From positions 1 to 38,115 of the forward strand of contig CAYINT010000001.1 in assembly GCA_964364875.1 (NCBI GenBank): DNA of 38,115 bases, given 5' to 3'. This DNA comes from an uncultured Gammaproteobacteria bacterium (GTDB taxonomy: Bacteria; Patescibacteriota; Patescibacteriia; CAZCGY01). Within the stretch, counting starts at the first letter, position 1; every line of letters starts with the position of its first letter. Position numbers and translations under genes: made by a program. The notes under the pieces were generated by a model. That model saw only the letters and a list, made by a program, of their open reading frames with translations, was not told where the DNA came from and did not search any database. Below, piece after piece: positions 34,059 to 38,115 of the stretch.

Positions 34059-35822
34059 ATGCATAACTTTCAGACCGACGATCACCAACTGCAAAGGCTT
34101 CAGCGAACGACACGGATCGTGCTCTGGGCATTGGTGTCCCTGTTTTTCTTGTTTCTTTCCCTGAAGCACTACGTTCCACTTGGACGGTTGACCATTGCGT
34201 ACGACGTCAAACGCGGATCTCCGCATATCGAAAGCTTTGCCTCAAAAGAACCAGACCGGCTTATTGGAACGCCCAACAAGAAAGGGAGCGACAGCAAATA
34301 CTTTCAGCTGATTACCAAAACGCCGCTGTATTTTGACGTGCGCGTGCCACGACCCTTCCGCCAGGCAACGGTTACTCTCCAGTATCAAAACCCTGACAAT
34401 CAGCCGGTTATCAAACTTGGTGTGCTTCAAAAGGGAGCGTCAGCATACGCCTATCGCGATCTGGCATTTGCAGAACCGATACTCGACAACCTTCCGGAAT
34501 ACTGGGACAAGATCCAACAGGGCGACCTTGTTTTGTGGCAAAAGAACAATGAGCTGTTAAAATTAGAAAAGAAGCTCAACGAGCAAAGACAGGAAAAGCT
34601 TGATTTGTTTGACACGGAACAAGCGAGGCAGATACAAGATACCGAAGAGAAAGTGAAGCAAAAACAGCTCTCGAACGACGATCTCGAACTGCTCAAACAA
34701 GATCTGCAAGATACGCGCACGACAGAACTTGCAGCGCTGGATTCGCAATATGCAGTCAAACCCGAAGAACGGCCCAAGACACCATTCGTTTCCATCTCCG
34801 ATTTTCTGAATGCAAAAACAGATCCCAGAGTGACAGCAGTGTACAATGACGAATTACCGCCAAGGGTGGATCTTTCGCAATACACACCATCAACAACACC
34901 GACGAAAGTTGATGCAAGCCTTCGCGGACAACACGAGATAGAAACAATTATAGGAGAAGGGGAAAGGCTGAGGTTTGCATTTACCATTCAGGATATCAAC
35001 CGGCACGAGGGGAAAGATGATTTCCAGGTCAGCGTATGGGATGATGGTCGTAAAGTTACGGAACAAAAAACAACCGGCATTGGTTCAACGTTAGCTACGG
35101 GGAAACCATCAAAGGTACAAACTGTCGTTGTTGAAAAAGAAGGGTTGCCGGCGGGACTCTACACACTCAAAGTGAACGCACCGGACGATATTTTTATCAA
35201 GCAGATCGAGACGGCACAGCATCTGCTGCAATTCCGGGGAATGCTGTATCCGACGGATAATGACGAATACCGCGTGCTGCTTGGCGAGAAAAAAACCGGA
35301 CCGACGAAACTCGTCACCACAGGTACTTGGCTGACGGCGTCGACCTCACACTCCGATGGTTTGCAAACAATCACCGCAGGCAACAGAAAGATCACCATGA
35401 CACAACTTCATACTCAGTACCGTCTCGACGGGCTGTCGGGTGTGACGACGGTGACGGTGCCAAAAAACGATGTTCTGCTGAGTACTGATGGTGTCTTTGC
35501 CTTTTCGACGGACCAGCTTTTACCCGATATACAACACTACCGACCGCTGGATGCGTCCGTCAACCTCAATACCATAGATTATATCATCGCCAGATATCCG
35601 CAAGCGAAAAAGGTCGGTGACTGGCTCAAAGCGTCTGCAACCGTCAAGGGAAACGAACTCTATGTCAAAAAAGGCACGATTGGTTTCATTGTTGACGCTC
35701 CGGGACTTCCAGAAAACAACCGGACACTCAAAATACGTTCCATCCGCATCCAGCTTGAAAAAGAGCCGTGGACCCCATCAAAGGCATGGACAAAGTTAAA
35801 AAAGTTGATATGGAAAAAATGA
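34059..35822 (+). CDS. Membrane-anchored hypothetical protein with long charged helical (coiled-coil-like) insert
   Basis: 587 aa. One N-terminal TM helix (IVLWALVSLFFLFLSL). Strongly charged E/K/Q/L-rich segment at aa 162-232. The rest is beta-rich. No family recognised. Confidence 0.6.
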   Translation: MHNFQTDDHQLQRLQRTTRIVLWALVSLFFLFLSLKHYVPLGRLTIAYDVKRGSPHIESFASKEPDRLIGTPNKKGSDSKYFQLITKTPLYFDVRVPRPFRQATVTLQYQNPDNQPVIKLGVLQKGASAYAYRDLAFAEPILDNLPEYWDKIQQGDLVLWQKNNELLKLEKKLNEQRQEKLDLFDTEQARQIQDTEEKVKQKQLSNDDLELLKQDLQDTRTTELAALDSQYAVKPEERPKTPFVSISDFLNAKTDPRVTAVYNDELPPRVDLSQYTPSTTPTKVDASLRGQHEIETIIGEGERLRFAFTIQDINRHEGKDDFQVSVWDDGRKVTEQKTTGIGSTLATGKPSKVQTVVVEKEGLPAGLYTLKVNAPDDIFIKQIETAQHLLQFRGMLYPTDNDEYRVLLGEKKTGPTKLVTTGTWLTASTSHSDGLQTITAGNRKITMTQLHTQYRLDGLSGVTTVTVPKNDVLLSTDGVFAFSTDQLLPDIQHYRPLDASVNLNTIDYIIARYPQAKKVGDWLKASATVKGNELYVKKGTIGFIVDAPGLPENNRTLKIRSIRIQLEKEPWTPSKAWTKLKKLIWKK

Positions 35823-36238
35823 CCGTTCGGGATATTTTCAGCCGAGCAGTGACGACGGCACACTTTGGACGCTTTCTGGCCAATGAAATCTTTCGCATGC
35901 TCCTTCTTGTGTATCTGCTGCTCTACCTGCTTGAACAGTACGTTCCCGGATTTGTCACGTATAGCGTCAACCTCACGTGGATGCTTGTTGTCGTGATTGT
36001 CACAGGCTGCATCGGCGCGCTGTTTCCGGAAAAAAACGTTGCAAAGCAGCAAAACACGCCGCTGCGAATACGTGATTACGTTTTTGTCATTCTTCTCGCG
36101 GTAGCCGGCGGTGTTCTTGTCTACGTCAAGGTGAAATCGATGGGAGCGTTCTCCATTCCTCTCTCCATTTTGAGCGCATTGATTATCGCGCTCCTCTCTG
36201 TTCTCCTCATGACGGATAAAGAAGACGACACTGAGTAA
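35819..36238 (+). CDS. Small integral membrane protein, function unknown
   Basis: About 139 aa with four hydrophobic helices and an acidic tail (TDKEDDTE). The ATG at 35819 overlaps the upstream stop (ATGA). Upstream in-frame ATGs at 35768 and 35810 are possible. Confidence 0.55.
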   Translation: MTVRDIFSRAVTTAHFGRFLANEIFRMLLLVYLLLYLLEQYVPGFVTYSVNLTWMLVVVIVTGCIGALFPEKNVAKQQNTPLRIRDYVFVILLAVAGGVLVYVKVKSMGAFSIPLSILSALIIALLSVLLMTDKEDDTE

Positions 36239-36474
36239 GCCGAGTTGTTACTGCCGCTCCAACGCTAGGGGAAACGGGAAAGGTTGCAGCGATGCTCTTG
36301 GCACATGCGTTGCCCGGATCGATGGAACTCGAAGAAAACGGCGACAACGAGTGACAAGGCGCGTCGTATGCGTCGATAACAACAAAAACCAGCATTCGCG
36401 ACGCTTGATCGACACTGGCCTTTCTGCTACCGTAATGACGGAGCGGAAAAGCCTTTGAATCTTGTCATAATTTC

Positions 36475-37830
36475 ATGAAAGTAACGGTTATCGGAACAGG
36501 ATACGTTGGACTTGTCTCGGGAGCCTGTTTTGCCGAACTCGGACATTACGTCACGTGCTACGACATCGACGAAAAGAAAATAGAGCGACTAAACAACGGC
36601 GATGTGTCCATCTTTGAGCCTGGCCTTCGGGAAATGATCGGGAGGGCAGTAGCGGCTGGATCGCTTACGTTTACCACAAATGTCAGCGAAACCATACGTT
36701 CAACAGACATACTCTTTATTGCCGTTGGAACGCCGCCCAAAAACGACGGTTCCGTTGATATGCAATATGTTCATGCCGTTGCGGATAGCATCGGAGAGTC
36801 ACTGCCCGCCGACGCTCAGTGTGTTGTTGTTACGAAGTCCACCGTTCCTGTCGGAACCGCGCAAGAAGTGTCAAAACGGATCAACGTGGGGATACGGAAA
36901 AGAGAAGTTACAGCAAAGTTTAGCGTTGTTTCGAATCCCGAATTCTTGCGCGAAGGAAGCGCTGTTCATGACTTTCTCGAACCCGATCGGGTTGTCATAG
37001 GGTATCAAGACGATTGGGCGCGAAAACAAATGGAGGTACTCTACAAACCCTTTTTGGCAAAAAATGTTCCATTTTTCTGGATGGATACAGCTTCGGCGGA
37101 AATGGCAAAATACGGCGCAAACACCATGCTGGCTTCGCGTATCTCGCTTATAAACGAAATGGCAAGACTTTGCGAGGCCACAGGCGCGGATATCGAAAAA
37201 GTTCGTAAAGTCTTAGCTAGCGATAAGCGCATCGGGCCGCATTTTCTGCAGCCGGGTATCGGGTATGGTGGAAGCTGCTTTTCCAAAGACGTGCGTGCGG
37301 TAGTTGCTACAGGCAAGGAAAAAGGATTGTCGCTTTCATTGCTGAACGCGGTCGAGTTGGTGAATGAAGAGCAAAAGCAGTATTTTGTCCAAAAAATTCT
37401 TGACGCGTTTCATACTAATGTTCAGGGGAAGAATCTTGCAGTATGGGGGCTTGCATACAAGTCAAACACAAATGATATGCGTTCTGCGCCATCAATTGCC
37501 GTGATTCGGCGCTTAGCGGGCGCGGGCGCAACAGTACAAGCATTTGATCCGCAGGCCGTGGACGAAGCGAGAAAAGTTTTTCATGAAACGATTCGCTATG
37601 CGGGTTCGGCAGAGGAATGCCTGACTGACGCTGATGCGCTCATTGTGCTGACCGAATGGGATGAGTTCCGAAACCCCGATTGGCAAGCGCTTCGTTCCCG
37701 CATGGCGCAGCCGTGGGTTTTTGACGGGAGAAACATGTTTGATCCGGCCGAAATGGAGCAACGCGGTTTTCGCTACTGGAGCATCGGTCGCCGTGATCCA
37801 CGTTCTCTTGACGACGCAGAACCATCCTAA
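36475..37830 (+). CDS. ugd: UDP-glucose 6-dehydrogenase
   Basis: MKVTVIGTGYVGLVSGACFAELGH, NPEFLREG, GIGYGGSCFSKD (catalytic Cys) and WGLAYK.NT.D.R. Confidence 0.93.
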   Translation: MKVTVIGTGYVGLVSGACFAELGHYVTCYDIDEKKIERLNNGDVSIFEPGLREMIGRAVAAGSLTFTTNVSETIRSTDILFIAVGTPPKNDGSVDMQYVHAVADSIGESLPADAQCVVVTKSTVPVGTAQEVSKRINVGIRKREVTAKFSVVSNPEFLREGSAVHDFLEPDRVVIGYQDDWARKQMEVLYKPFLAKNVPFFWMDTASAEMAKYGANTMLASRISLINEMARLCEATGADIEKVRKVLASDKRIGPHFLQPGIGYGGSCFSKDVRAVVATGKEKGLSLSLLNAVELVNEEQKQYFVQKILDAFHTNVQGKNLAVWGLAYKSNTNDMRSAPSIAVIRRLAGAGATVQAFDPQAVDEARKVFHETIRYAGSAEECLTDADALIVLTEWDEFRNPDWQALRSRMAQPWVFDGRNMFDPAEMEQRGFRYWSIGRRDPRSLDDAEPS

Positions 37831-37833
37831 GGC

Positions 37834-37863
37834 TTGCCAAACAGCCGCTTCCTGACGTATTAT
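37834..37863 (+). promoter_or_regulatory. Possible sigma70-like promoter for rmlA
   Basis: TTGCCA, 18-nt spacer, TATTAT, about 38 nt upstream of the ATG at 37901. Motif match only. Confidence 0.3.
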
Positions 37864-37900
37864 CGAGAAGTGTTTGTTCTTGATTCGTTAACGATTGTGC

Positions 37901-38115
37901 ATGAAAGGCATCATTCTCGCCGGAGGCTCAGGGACACGCCTCTACCCGATCACAAAGGCTGTCAGCAAACAGCTTCTGCCGATCCACGACAAGCCGATGA
38001 TCTATTACCCGCTGAGCACGCTGATGCTTGCGGGTATGCGTGATATTCTCGTCATTACGACGCCGCACGAACAGGAACAGTTCCAGAGACTCCTCGGCGA
38101 CGGCTCGCAATGGGG
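37901..38115 (+). CDS. rmlA: Glucose-1-phosphate thymidylyltransferase, 5' fragment (runs off the window)
   Basis: My own translation from the ATG at 37901 gives [55 protein letters not shown]..., the canonical RmlA N-terminus. It is absent from the ORF track because no stop is reached. Confidence 0.9.
   Translation, partial: MKGIILAGGSGTRLYPITKAVSKQLLPIHDKPMIYYPLSTLMLAGMRDILVITTPHEQEQFQRLLGDGSQW

Noticed and set aside
34451-34987. 178-aa Ser/Cys-rich minus-strand ORF
   Set aside because: It is the antisense shadow of the GAA/AAG/CAG-rich coiled-coil coding segment of the 587-aa gene. The low-complexity product has no start context.
1-38115. CRISPR arrays, insertion sequences, integrases, toxin-antitoxin or phage-defence gene sets
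   Set aside because: I saw no spaced direct repeats, terminal inverted repeats, or transposase, recombinase, nuclease or reverse-transcriptase motifs on either strand. The accessory character of the window comes entirely from glycan biosynthesis genes.

Overview
About 38 kb of densely coding bacterial chromosome: roughly 37 CDS, one of them truncated at the right edge. I recognised no rRNA, tRNA, CRISPR array, transposase, integrase or phage genes. All calls come from reading motifs by eye in the supplied translations and DNA; no searches were run.

Left part (1-11.5 kb): housekeeping and envelope genes. These are a KGG-repeat stress protein, an unusual one-polypeptide fusion of an FAD oxidoreductase, a bis-heme-type membrane domain and a Rieske domain, an alpha/beta serine hydrolase, a small heptad-repeat lipoprotein, HU, a GNAT acetyltransferase, a MutY-like glycosylase and an L,D-transpeptidase. 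They are followed by a three-gene envelope operon whose HtrA/PDZ protein appears to lack the catalytic His and Ser.

Two intergenic stretches (about 4049-4290 and 7816-8477) have no convincing ORF and are rich in hairpins, so they are candidate structured RNAs.

Right part (11.5 kb to the edge): one very large surface-glycan locus in three blocks.
- Block A, plus strand, 11564-20189: GtrA-like protein, two polyprenyl-phosphate-type GT2 enzymes, UDP-glucuronate decarboxylase, a 4-epimerase-like SDR, a DUF2304-like small membrane protein, GT2, GT4 and a 750-aa polytopic membrane protein.
- Block B, minus strand, 20176-32177: gmd, fcl, wzm, wzt with a C-terminal extension, GT2, a 908-aa three-domain glycosyltransferase, a methyltransferase, a GT11 fucosyltransferase, an SDR, GT2 and GT4. 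This is the layout of an ABC-transporter-dependent fucose-containing polysaccharide pathway.
- Block C, plus strand, 32441-38115: a GT-C-like membrane glycosyltransferase, a 587-aa membrane-anchored protein with a long charged helical segment, a small membrane protein, ugd and the 5' part of rmlA.

Hand counts on single 60-nt lines suggest block B is a compositional mosaic. Many genes are joined by ATGA start/stop overlaps, which points to operons. The gene content (HU, L,D-transpeptidase, heavy reliance on lipid-linked glycosylation) fits an uncultivated bacterial lineage, but taxonomy cannot be established from this window.
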